Shown here one piece after another: positions 51,726 to 61,296 of a DNA stretch of 64,000 nt (the stretch's first letter is position 1; every line of letters begins with the position of its first letter). This stretch comes from Longimicrobiales bacterium (GTDB taxonomy: Bacteria > Gemmatimonadota > Gemmatimonadetes > Longimicrobiales > Gaopeijiaceae), in the NCBI GenBank assembly GCA_963664435.2, contig CAXXKM010000003.1, forward strand, positions 864,001 to 928,000. Direction: 5' to 3'. Below the pieces are notes generated by a model. The model was not told the origin of the DNA. It ran no database searches and worked only from the letters and a program-made list of their open reading frames with translations. The translations under genes and the position numbers were made by a program.

Positions 51726-52103
51726 ATGAGCCCCGAACGGCACGCCCGTCATTTCCGGTGGGACGATATGCCAATGGAAGAGGTGAAGGAAGGTCTGGGA
51801 AGGCGCGTGGTGACCGGCGAGCGCATGATGCTGGCGCACTGGTACATGGCCCGGGGGACGGTAGTCCCGTTGCACGCGCACGACAACGAGCAGATCGCCC
51901 ACGTGCTGGATGGCGCGCTCCGGATCTGGCTCGGGGAGGACGGTGACGAGGGCGACGAGGTGACCGTCCGCTCCGGCGAAGTGCTCTACATCCCCTCCGG
52001 ACTGCCGCACAAGGCGCTCGCGCTCGAGGACACGCTGGTGACGGATGTCTTCTGCCCGCCCCGCCAGGACTGGCTGGACGGCACCGACAGCTACCTGCGC
52101 TGA
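51726..52103 (+). CDS. Cupin domain protein (copy 1)
   Basis: HAHDNEQ...PH metal motif and DVFCPPRQDW; AAGGAG RBS. Confidence 0.92.
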   Translation: MSPERHARHFRWDDMPMEEVKEGLGRRVVTGERMMLAHWYMARGTVVPLHAHDNEQIAHVLDGALRIWLGEDGDEGDEVTVRSGEVLYIPSGLPHKALALEDTLVTDVFCPPRQDWLDGTDSYLR

Positions 52104-52200
52104 CGGGGCCGCCGCTACTTGCCGAAGTCGCGCGGTTACGGTATTGAGAGGGTTCGCCCGGCCACCTGCCGGCCCATTCCGCCATCGCCAAGGAGAGTCA

Positions 52201-52572
52201 ATGAGCGCGGGAACGAGCGTGCGCCACTTCCGCTGGGACGACATGCCGATCGAGAAGGTCAAGGAAGGCCTTGGAAGGCGCCTGGTGACGGGCGAGCGCA
52301 TGATGCTCGCGCACATCTATCTGGACAAGGGCTCCGTCGTGCCGCTGCATTCGCACGACAACGAACAGCTCACCTATGTGCTGGAGGGCGCACTGCACTT
52401 CTGGCTCGGGGAGGATGAGAGCGAGGAAGTGGTCGTGCGTGCCGGAGAGGTCCTGCACATTCCTTCGTGGGTGCCGCACAAGGCGGTGGCGCTCGAGGAC
52501 ACGCTGGACGTGGATGTGTTCTGCCCGCCCCGGCAGGACTGGCTGGACGGCACCGACGCGTACCTGAGGTGA
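52201..52572 (+). CDS. Cupin domain protein (copy 2)
   Basis: HSHDNEQ...PH and DVFCPPRQDW; AAGGAG RBS. Confidence 0.92.
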   Translation: MSAGTSVRHFRWDDMPIEKVKEGLGRRLVTGERMMLAHIYLDKGSVVPLHSHDNEQLTYVLEGALHFWLGEDESEEVVVRAGEVLHIPSWVPHKAVALEDTLDVDVFCPPRQDWLDGTDAYLR

Positions 52573-52573
52573 C

Positions 52574-53365
52574 ATGGACCTCGGGCTGACCGGCAGGGTC
52601 GCGCTGGTGGCCGCCTCCAGCCGCGGGCTGGGACGCGCGGTGGCGGAGGAATTCGCGCGCGAGGGGGCCCGGCTCGTGATGTGCGCCCGCGGCGCCGACG
52701 ACCTGGAGCGCACCCGCGACCGCATCGCCCGCGCCTCCGGCTCCCAACCCGTGGCCGTGGCCGCCGACCTCACCGACCCCGAGGGGGTCCGGCGCGTCAC
52801 CGACGCCGCCGCGGAGGCTTTCGGACGGGTCGACATCCTGGTCACCAACACGGGCGGCCCGCCCTCCGGCCCCTTCGAGGCGCACTCCCCCGGCGCGTGG
52901 CGCACCGCCGTCGCCCAGAACCTGGAGAGCGTCCTCAACCTGACCCGCGCCGTCCTTCCGGGCATGCGCGAGCGAGGCTGGGGCCGGATCGTCAACGTCA
53001 CCTCGATCGCGGTGAAACAGCCCGTCGACGGGCTCATCCTCTCCAACAGCGTGCGCGCCGCGGTAACCGGCTTCGCCCGCACCCTGGCCAACGAGGTGGC
53101 GCGCGAAGGCGTCACCGTGAACAACGTGATGCCCGGCTACACCCGCACCGCCCGCCTCGACTGGCTGGCCGGCCAGATCGCCGCGCGCGAGGGGATCGAC
53201 CGGGAAGCCGCGTTCGACCGCTGGGCCAGCGAAATTCCCGCCGGACGCGTGGGCGATCCCGCGGAATTCGCGGCATTGGTTACCTTTCTCGCTTCCGAGC
53301 GCGCGAGCTACATCACGGGAACCTCGATTCCCGTGGACGGCGGGTGGATCCGCGCCCTGATATGA
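52574..53365 (+). CDS. SDR family oxidoreductase
   Basis: AASSRGLG, ILVTNTGGP, SNSVRAA and ASYITG..IPVDGG. Confidence 0.92.
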   Translation: MDLGLTGRVALVAASSRGLGRAVAEEFAREGARLVMCARGADDLERTRDRIARASGSQPVAVAADLTDPEGVRRVTDAAAEAFGRVDILVTNTGGPPSGPFEAHSPGAWRTAVAQNLESVLNLTRAVLPGMRERGWGRIVNVTSIAVKQPVDGLILSNSVRAAVTGFARTLANEVAREGVTVNNVMPGYTRTARLDWLAGQIAAREGIDREAAFDRWASEIPAGRVGDPAEFAALVTFLASERASYITGTSIPVDGGWIRALI

Positions 53366-53405
53366 CGCCACCGACCCCAACCTGATACCCACGACGAGAA
53401 CCCCG

Positions 53406-54332
53406 ATGGCCCTTGAGCTGCAGGAATCCGAATTCATCTGGAAGGATGGCGAGTTCATCGCCTGGGAGGACGCCCGGGTGCACCTGCTGTCCCTGGCCGT
53501 ACAGTTCGGCGTATCCCTCTTCGAGGGCATACGCTGTTACGAGGCCGGGGGACGGCGGGCCATCTTCCGTCTCGGCGCGCACATTCGCAGACTCTACAAC
53601 TCCTGCATCGTCTATCGCATGGTGCCGAAGTACACGCGGGAGGAGTACGCGCAGGCCTGCGTCGACGTGGTGGCGAAAAACGCGCTGCAGAGCTGCTACA
53701 TCCGCCCCATGGTGATCCGCGGATACGGCGCCGCCGCACTCGATCCCCGGCCCAGCCCGATCGAGTCCTACGTGGCGGCGTGGCCGCTGGACACATACCT
53801 GGGCAAGGGAGCGCTCGAGAAGGGCGTCGGCGTGAAGGTCTCCTCCTGGCAGCGGGCCGAACCCAACACCTTCCCCATGCGGGCAAAGGCGGCGGGCCAC
53901 TACAACGCCGCCATGCTCATGAAGATGGAGGCGCACGCCGACGGCTACGCCGACGCCATCGCGCTGGGCCCCAACGGCCTGGTGAGCGAAGGCAGCGGCC
54001 AGAACCTCTTCCTGGTGGCGGACGGCGAGCTGATCACTCCCATCCTCGACGGCACCTCGCTGCAGGGAATCACCCGCGACACGATCATCAAGCTGGCCGC
54101 GGAAATGGGCATCCCCTGCCGCGAGCAGCTGGTCGCCCGCGAAACCCTCTACACCTGCGACGAGCTCTTCTTCTCGGGCACCGCGTCGGAAGTGACGCCG
54201 ATCACGAGCGTGGACCGCCTCCCGGTGGGATGCGGGACGGCGGGCGAGATCACCCTGAGCATCCAGCGGCGCTTCATGGACATCGTCAAGCAGCGGGCTG
54301 AAGACCCGCATGGGTGGCTGACGCACGTGTAG
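53406..54332 (+). CDS. ilvE: Branched-chain amino acid aminotransferase
   Basis: FEGIR, YIRP, AKAAGHY (PLP Lys), SEGSGQNLF, LQGITR and GTASEVTPI. Confidence 0.93.
   Translation: MALELQESEFIWKDGEFIAWEDARVHLLSLAVQFGVSLFEGIRCYEAGGRRAIFRLGAHIRRLYNSCIVYRMVPKYTREEYAQACVDVVAKNALQSCYIRPMVIRGYGAAALDPRPSPIESYVAAWPLDTYLGKGALEKGVGVKVSSWQRAEPNTFPMRAKAAGHYNAAMLMKMEAHADGYADAIALGPNGLVSEGSGQNLFLVADGELITPILDGTSLQGITRDTIIKLAAEMGIPCREQLVARETLYTCDELFFSGTASEVTPITSVDRLPVGCGTAGEITLSIQRRFMDIVKQRAEDPHGWLTHV
54303..54330 (+). repeat. Direct repeat copy 1 (3' end of ilvE)
   Basis: Core TGGCTGACGCACGTGT at 54315-54330 is identical to 56376-56391. Confidence 0.85.
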
Positions 54333-54402
54333 GAGCACGGTTCCCCCGGGCGCGGTCCTCCGCGCCGCGGCAGCCGCCGGCAACCGACACAAGGAGTGGG
54401 CC

Positions 54403-56361
54403 ATGACCAGCCACCCGAACCCGGAGACGGTCCTTCGCCGGCGATCCGCCGCGAACCTCGCGGCGGGCCTCATCCTCGCGGCCGCCGGCGCCACGGGCCT
54501 CCGCGCCCAGGAGCCGGACGTCCTCACCATCGACCAGCTGCTGTCCATCGAGTCGGTCGTCTCCGGCTCTCCGGCCTGGTCGCCCGACGGCTCGTCGATC
54601 CTCTTCCAGTCGTCACTCTCCGGCGGGCTGGTCACGCTCTCGCCGGACGGCGGCTTCCCCACCCGGATCCCGATCGAGATGGGCAGTTCGGGTCACTTCC
54701 TCGCGTCCCAGATGCCCGGCTGGTCACCGAAGGGCAACTGGATCTCCTACGTGTCGGACAAGGGCGGCTCGCCGGAGATCTGGATCTGGTCCACCCATGA
54801 CGGCAGGGAAATGCAGCTCACCAACCTCGGCGGGCGCATCAATTCGATGACCTGGTCGCCAGACGAGCGCTCGATCGCCTTCGCCGGCGACCGTTACGGC
54901 AACTACGACATCTGGACGGTCGAGGTCGCCACCCGCCGCGTCCGGCGCATCAGCAACGACAAGCTCTACGAGGTCTTCCCGACCTGGACCCCGGACTCGC
55001 AGCGCATCCTCTACGTGCGCCTTGACGACGCCTGGGAGGACCACGCCGTGATCGAGGTGGCCCCGGACGGGTCGGGCGCGCGCACCGTGCTCCAGGACCG
55101 CGACTTCTTCGACTACGGCGCCGGCAGTACGTTCGGCTTCCCCCGCGTCTCGCCCGACGGCAGCCAGGTCCTCTTCCGCTCGCATCGCAGCGGCTGGATC
55201 AACTACTGGCTCGCCCCGATCGAGGGCGGTGAACCGCGTCCGGTCGCCGCGGCCGAGGCCGATCAGAGCAGTGCCGTGTGGTCGCCCGACGGCCGCTCGA
55301 TCGCCTACGTCGAGAACCACAACGGCCGTCACGACCTGCGCGTGGTCCCGGCCGGCGGCGGCAGGCCCCGGGTGCTGGTGTCACCCGAGGGCGGAGTGGC
55401 GTCGGGCCCTTCGTGGTCGCCCGACAGCCGCTCGATCGCCTACCTGAAGGCCGACCTGGTGAGCCCCCAGGATCTGCATGTGGTGGCCGTGGAGGGCGGC
55501 GAGAGCCGCCCGCTCACCTTCTCCCTGCCCGCCGGAAACCTTGCCGAGCGGCTGATCCTGCCGGAGAAGGTCCACTACCCGAGCACGGACGGATACTCGA
55601 TCCCGGCCTACCTGTACCGCCCGGCGGGCGTCCCGGCGGGCGAGCGCGCACCCGGCATCCTCTGGATCCACGGCGGCCCCACCTCGCAGTTCAACGACAC
55701 CTTCCAGCAGCACGTGCAGTTCTTCGCACAACGCGGATACGCGGTGCTGCTGCCCAACATCCGCGGCAGCTCGGGCTACGGGAAGGACTTCGCCGACGCG
55801 AACAACGGCTGCTGGGGCCACTGCGACCTCGAGGACGTGCTCGCGGGCGCCGACTACCTGAGGGCGCAGCCCGAGGTCGACCCGGACCGGATCGGCCTGA
55901 CCGGGACCAGCTACGGCGGGATCATGGGCATGTACGCGGCGGCCTTCGCGCCGGACGCCTTTCGCGCCATCATCCCCGGCTCGGGCTACTCGGACTGGGT
56001 ACACTTCTATCGCAGCGAGAACGAGCTGCGCCACGTCAAGCTCCTCGAGCACGAACTGGGGCCGTTCGAGACCAGCCGGGACGTGTGGCGCAGCAGCTCG
56101 GCGATCTACGAGATCGACAAGGTCTCCACGCCGATCTTCCTGGTGCACGGCGAGGGCCGCTATCCGGGCTCGGATCAGTCCGAAATCTTCGCGCGGGCGC
56201 TCGAGAACCACTACAAGGCCTTCGAGTACACGACCTATCCGAACGAGAACTACTACGTGCGCGGCAAGGCCAACCGGCGCCAGATGCTGCTGGACATGCT
56301 CGACTTCTTCGGCCGCTTCCTGAAAGACGAGATGGTCGACGCCGGGCAGCGGATGAAGTAA
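54403..56361 (+). CDS. S9 family protein, paralog of 10715-12688; atypical catalytic motifs
   Basis: Signal peptide, WSPD repeats, HGGPTSQ, NIRGSSGYG and GTSYGG; AAGGAG RBS. Confidence 0.92.
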   Translation: MTSHPNPETVLRRRSAANLAAGLILAAAGATGLRAQEPDVLTIDQLLSIESVVSGSPAWSPDGSSILFQSSLSGGLVTLSPDGGFPTRIPIEMGSSGHFLASQMPGWSPKGNWISYVSDKGGSPEIWIWSTHDGREMQLTNLGGRINSMTWSPDERSIAFAGDRYGNYDIWTVEVATRRVRRISNDKLYEVFPTWTPDSQRILYVRLDDAWEDHAVIEVAPDGSGARTVLQDRDFFDYGAGSTFGFPRVSPDGSQVLFRSHRSGWINYWLAPIEGGEPRPVAAAEADQSSAVWSPDGRSIAYVENHNGRHDLRVVPAGGGRPRVLVSPEGGVASGPSWSPDSRSIAYLKADLVSPQDLHVVAVEGGESRPLTFSLPAGNLAERLILPEKVHYPSTDGYSIPAYLYRPAGVPAGERAPGILWIHGGPTSQFNDTFQQHVQFFAQRGYAVLLPNIRGSSGYGKDFADANNGCWGHCDLEDVLAGADYLRAQPEVDPDRIGLTGTSYGGIMGMYAAAFAPDAFRAIIPGSGYSDWVHFYRSENELRHVKLLEHELGPFETSRDVWRSSSAIYEIDKVSTPIFLVHGEGRYPGSDQSEIFARALENHYKAFEYTTYPNENYYVRGKANRRQMLLDMLDFFGRFLKDEMVDAGQRMK

Positions 56362-56363
56362 TC

Positions 56364-56391
56364 GATCCGCGCGACTGGCTGACGCACGTGT
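56364..56391 (+). repeat. Direct repeat copy 2 (degenerate relic of the ilvE 3' end)
   Basis: Translates DPRDWLTHV versus ilvE DPHGWLTHV*. Confidence 0.85.
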
Positions 56392-56449
56392 GGGGACACC
56401 GGGGCAGCCATTGCCGCGGCGGTCGTGCCAGCGTCAGGCGTGCTCCCTG

Positions 56450-57154
56450 CTACCGCGGTCGCGTTCCGATCCGGTCCCAGCGTATCTCGCGGATGAACGG
56501 GAACGCCCGGTAGGAGTCCCGGTTGTAGGAGAAGTACCGGACGACGATTCGCCCCTCGAGGCGCCAGCGTTCCAGAAACCCCCAAGTGCGGGAATCGATG
56601 CTGTTGTCCCGATTGTCGCCCAGCATGAAGTAGCGGCCGTCGGGAATCACGAGCGGACCCCAGTTGTCGCGAGTCGGCAGGTAGTCCTCCCTCGGACCGC
56701 CAATCACGAACTGTCGCTGCCAAAGCATCTCGCCGGTGGATAAGTCAGGCTGGTCGGTGTGCAACACGTAAGGCTCGTCGCGGGCTACCCCGTTCACGAA
56801 CAAGGTCTTGTCCCTCATCGCCAGCGTGTCGCCAGGCATTCCCACGAGCCGCTTGACGACCTTCAACGTGTCGTCGTGGAGAGGATCGAATACCAGGATC
56901 TCCCCCCTCCGGGGCTCGGAGTAGCCGGGGATGCGAATATCCATGAACGGGATTCGCGAGCCCAGAGCAGCCTTGTTGACCCAAACGAAGTCCCCGGCCA
57001 GCAACGTGGGTTCCATCGATCCGGACGTTATGGTAAAGGCCTGCAGCGCCACTACCCGGATGGTCAGGAGGCAGAAAACCAGGCACGCGCCCCCGAGGAG
57101 CGATTGCCTCCACGACTGCCTCCGTTTCCTGATTGTCGACTTATGCCCTGGCAT
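56450..57154 (-). CDS. lepB: Signal peptidase I
   Basis: SGSMEPTL (catalytic Ser), VVKRLVGMPGD (catalytic Lys) and MLGDNRDNSIDSR. Confidence 0.94.
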   Translation of the reverse strand: MPGHKSTIRKRRQSWRQSLLGGACLVFCLLTIRVVALQAFTITSGSMEPTLLAGDFVWVNKAALGSRIPFMDIRIPGYSEPRRGEILVFDPLHDDTLKVVKRLVGMPGDTLAMRDKTLFVNGVARDEPYVLHTDQPDLSTGEMLWQRQFVIGGPREDYLPTRDNWGPLVIPDGRYFMLGDNRDNSIDSRTWGFLERWRLEGRIVVRYFSYNRDSYRAFPFIREIRWDRIGTRPR

Positions 57155-57250
57155 GGTGGCCAGATCGTACGGGAGCACCGCACACTGCGCAACCAGCGTC
57201 CGACCCAATCCAGGAGACGTGCGCTCCGTCCTGGGTCGCGTGAGAGCACG

Positions 57251-57279
57251 TTGACATCATGCGAACCGTCGACTACCGT
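57251..57279 (+). promoter_or_regulatory. Putative sigma70 promoter for the beta-propeller gene
   Basis: TTGACA, 17-bp spacer, TACCGT; about 80 bp upstream of ATG 57360. Confidence 0.6.
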
Positions 57280-57359
57280 TGTCTACGAAGTTCTTCGTCG
57301 TGATGCCGCACGCTTGGGGATGGCCCCCGGGCGTCACCGAAATGCGAGGGAGCACAGGG

Positions 57360-58647
57360 ATGACGGGAAAGCGATCGCCCCGGCGCCGGACGGCCGTCCA
57401 TGCGAGCGGTGCGTGGTCATGCGGTGTGCTGGCGCTCGTTGCCGGCTGCGGTGACAGCGGAGAGCTCCGCCCCACCGCGGCCCGGTTCGCCGACTCGGCG
57501 GGCATCGCAATCGTCACCAACTCGCCGGGCGACGCCGTCTACGCCACCATCGCCCCGGAACCGGTCCTTTCGATCGGCGCCATCGACGGCCCCGCGGAGG
57601 TGCTCTTCGGGCGCATCGCCTCGGTGGCGGTCGATGGCGCAGGCAATCTGATCGTCGCCGATGCGCAGATGGGCGAGATCCGCATCTTCGACGCGAGCGG
57701 CGCCCACCTCCAGACGATCGAGACCCCGGGAGAGGGGCCGGGCCAGTTCCGGGGGCTTGCGGATGCCTGGCCCGCGACGGACGGCGCCATCGTCGCGGTA
57801 GACAGCCAGTTCCGCCGCACCACCCGCTTCGGCCCGGAGGGCGGCCTGCTGGCAACCGCGACCTTCCAGGGCCCGGGCGACCGGCCCAGGATCCGCTCCA
57901 TCCGCCTGGCAGGACCAGGCAAGTTCCTCAGCTGGGTGGAATCCCGGAGCCTACCCTCGCTGGAGGGCGCCTTCAGCCTGGAAGACGCGCTCGAATCGAT
58001 TTCGGACCCTCTCGGAGGCAGATCCGAGTACCTGGTCCGACACGACCTGGCGGGCGCCCTGATCGACACCGTCGCAACAGTTCCCGGGCAAGCCACCCGC
58101 ACTTCAGCCCGGGGCAGTGGCACCAACATCTCGATCGAGGTCATGCGGGTACCCTTCTCGCCCGCGCCCGCAGCCACCGCCTTGCCGGACGGGCGCATGG
58201 CCGTGACCACGGGCCGGTCCCATGAGTTCTCCCTCTACGATCCAGCCGGAGCCCTCAAGCGCATCGTGCACCTGGCCGAAGAGCCGCCGGTACGCGCCGA
58301 CGCGCGCCTGGGTTCGCGGCTCCACCCGCGAACGCGAGCCCATGGACGACGTCCAGGTGGAGGCCGTCCTGCGCCGCTACCGGGAGATCCCCCTGCCCGA
58401 ACGGCTCCCCGCCTGGAGCTCGCTCCTCATCGCCGACGGAGGCGAGATCTGGGCCGGCCGCTTCGCAATGCGAGGCGCTGAGACGGTCGCCCCCGACGTG
58501 TTCGCCGCCGACGGCCGCTTCCTGGGCCAGATGGTGTCACCCGCCAGCTTTCGCATCCAGCACATCGGCGACGGCCGGCTGACCGTCATATCGACCGATG
58601 ATCTCGGCGTCGAGCGCGTAGAAGTGTACGAGCTGGACGTGCACTAA
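57360..58647 (+). pseudogene. 6-bladed beta-propeller lipoprotein, frameshifted near 58300
   Basis: Lipobox VAGC, DSAGIAIVTN and SIG..DGP..LFGRI in the first frame; C-terminal DVF..DGRFLG...DDLGVERVEVY in a +1 frame (ORF 58222-58647). Confidence 0.75.
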
Positions 58648-59086
58648 GGTAGCTCGTGGCCAAACCGCAGGGTCGAGCGGCGGAACGGCCAAGACAGTCT
58701 CATTGCGTCACCTCGCAGATCCTGACGCCGACTGGCCTGTACAGCCTGCAGAAGCGCCATCGCGCCGGAGCTTAGCAGCGCGCCGGCAATGCTGGGTCCC
58801 TATTGCCTGGGACTGCGCTCCCCCACCTACTCTCGAAGATGGCGGATCGCGTCGGTCGCTCGCGCCTTGATGGCGATTACGGCCGTACACGCTCTCCCAG
58901 GTCGGCATCGCCCGGACCGCCCGAATCCGGTTCACTGCTCACGCCCAAGACGTCGAACCATCGATCGCATTCACCGCCGATTCTTGACGCCACGGTAGCG
59001 AGGCCATCTCTTGGGCGCGGAACGTCAGGTCCACGTGCTTCACCATTTGAGCAATCAACCGCACCCGGAAGACCAGCTTATCCCTC

Positions 59087-61287
59087 ATGAGCCTCCTTTG
59101 GCTGGTCGCGATCTCAGCATTGGTGCTCTTCGCGCTGTCTCGACTGCGTCGGGGCGGGACACGTGGGCACACGACCACGCGAAGGCAAGTTGGGCGAGGC
59201 GCACACCGCCGGACCACGGCGCCGCCGAGCGACGACGGTCGCGCAATTCGAAGCCTCGCTCGTTGGGTGGCCCCTGGCGATACAGTGGTCGTGGCAGGTC
59301 GCCAGATTGGCGGAATTATCTACTTGGGTTCAACCCGGGACTCTTGGCAACCGAGCGGCGACCCGGTCATCGATCCAAGCCTACCAGTCGCAAGATATGG
59401 TTCCGACGTTGCTGGCGAGAGCATGCCATACTGGCCGAGCTACAGCGACATCGATCCGAGAGCGCGCGCGACCTACCTCGACTGGCTGGCCGGAGGCCGA
59501 TCGGACGAGAGATACAGTGTAGGGTTCGTCTTCCTCTACTTCTATGGGATTGAACGACGGTTCTTCGTGGACTCCCCGGCGGAAGAAGAGCAGCGCGTCC
59601 TCATCGCGGAAACCGAGAGGCTGCTGAGCATCTACGGGACCAATCGCTCTGTCCGAAGCTATCTGACGGCGTTTCTCGATGTTGCTCGCCTCGCGACGGA
59701 ACCGGCCCGAGCGATGGAACCTCGGTTTGAACGATCGGGCTACGGGACTCCGCTCGATATGCTTGTCGCAATCGGTCGGATGGTCAAGGCCCGCCAGCCG
59801 CTGAGCGCCGACTGGCTCCTGGGCTGGTACGCAACCGATCCACAAACCCAATTCCGTACACCGGCGAGGCGGGCCTTTCCCGAATTCAAGGCTCTCTTCG
59901 CGCAGGTCTTCGACAGCCGTTTCCCGCAGGGGCTGAAGATGCGTGAGCCGAACGGCTCCTGCGAGTAACCTATGATGCGGCGTCGGGCACCTTCTCGGCC
60001 AATCTCGGGCGTCTCTTGGGCGAGATCCCCGACATTACCGGTACGACGGTTTCACTCAGGATAGCCAAGGAAATCGCTGACGAAGCCACGGACGCTCTGG
60101 ACAAATTCAGCCGATTCCTTGGGCGGAATCCGGAGGGTCGGGACACGGTAGAAGCACACGCTCTGTTGCCACAGAGCCTTTGGGAACTATTTCCCAATGC
60201 CGAAATGGAAGATCTGCGCCACTGGGCGGAAGAGATCATCGACTCTGGCGGACTTGTGCCGGTTGAGCGGGTTGTCGAACGACTTGAGGGGACCCTGCCC
60301 GAGAAGGTCTACAAGCGCCAGCTGACCGGGGCCGCCGATGCGCTGGCGCGCCTCTCGATAGGCATGGCGCCCGATCCGCGCTTTGCGTTGCGAGGCCCAA
60401 AGGTGGGTGAGCCAGTGGTGCTCTTCCGACTGCCCGAGAGTCTGGCGGCACTGGAGGCGGTCAGCGACGACTACAGGAGGGTTCTGGTCGGAGTCGCGAT
60501 GGGTGGATTTGTCGCCCACTCCGACGGTGGCATCGCCGAGAAGGAACACGCTGCTCTGGAAGCCCGAATCGCGGCTGCCCCTGTACCGTACCCCGAGCGC
60601 CTTCGTCTTCGTGCCAACCTCAAGTGGATGCTTACCGTACCGCCGGACCTGGCCCTGCTCCGCCGCCGCCTGAAAGGGGTTGCCGAGGACATCCTCAGTG
60701 AGCTGGGCCGAGTCGCACTCGGCATGGCTGCCGTCGATGGCGTGATTGACCCCGCCGAGATTCGGGCCATCGAGGGTCTATACAAGGCCATGGGCCTGAA
60801 GCCGGAAAACCTCTACTCCGACTTGCATGCCCTCTCGGTGCAGGACGGGCCGAAGACGATCCGTCCCGCAGGTGACGAAGAACGCGCGTTCGCGATTCCG
60901 CCACCACCCGAGGAAGACAGGCGGGTAGTGCTGGACGATGGGCGTCTTGCCGCGCTTATTGCGGATACAGCACGGGTTTCCGAGCTACTTGGGGACATCT
61001 TCCAGGAGGAAGAACCCGACGAGGAGTCGCACGACGATGCGGATGGCCCCGGCGATGCCTTCGTGGGCCTGGATTCGCGGCACGCGGCCTTCCTGCGTGA
61101 GCTCGTAACGCGGAGCAACTGGGACGAGGCGGAGTATGTGGAGCTGGCGACGCGGTTCGAGTTGATGCGTGGTGGCGCCCTCGAGACCTTGAACGAATGG
61201 TCCTTCGAGCGCTTTGGAGACATGCTGATCGATGAGTACGAGGGCTACGAACTCAATCCGGAAGTCTTGGCCGAGTTGCGGCAATAG
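59087..61287 (+). pseudogene. sngA: Shango SngA-like protein (TM + TerB_N + TerB + TerB_C), split by an apparent 1-nt deletion near 59950
   Basis: YWPSYSDI.P.ARATYLDWLA and FLYFYGIERR (TerB_N); AVDGVIDPAE (TerB); GALETLNEWSFERFGDMLID (TerB_C); reading continues in the -1 frame as RLLRVTYDAASGTF. Confidence 0.85.
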
Positions 61288-61296
61288 GGAGCACCG

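Larger units (their letters stand above)
51640..52572 (+). repeat. Tandem duplication (~477-bp period) of a cupin gene together with its upstream region
   Basis: Both copies share ACTTGCCG..CGGTTACGGTATTGAG..CCAAGGAG..CAATGAG upstream and encode near-identical proteins. Confidence 0.9.
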
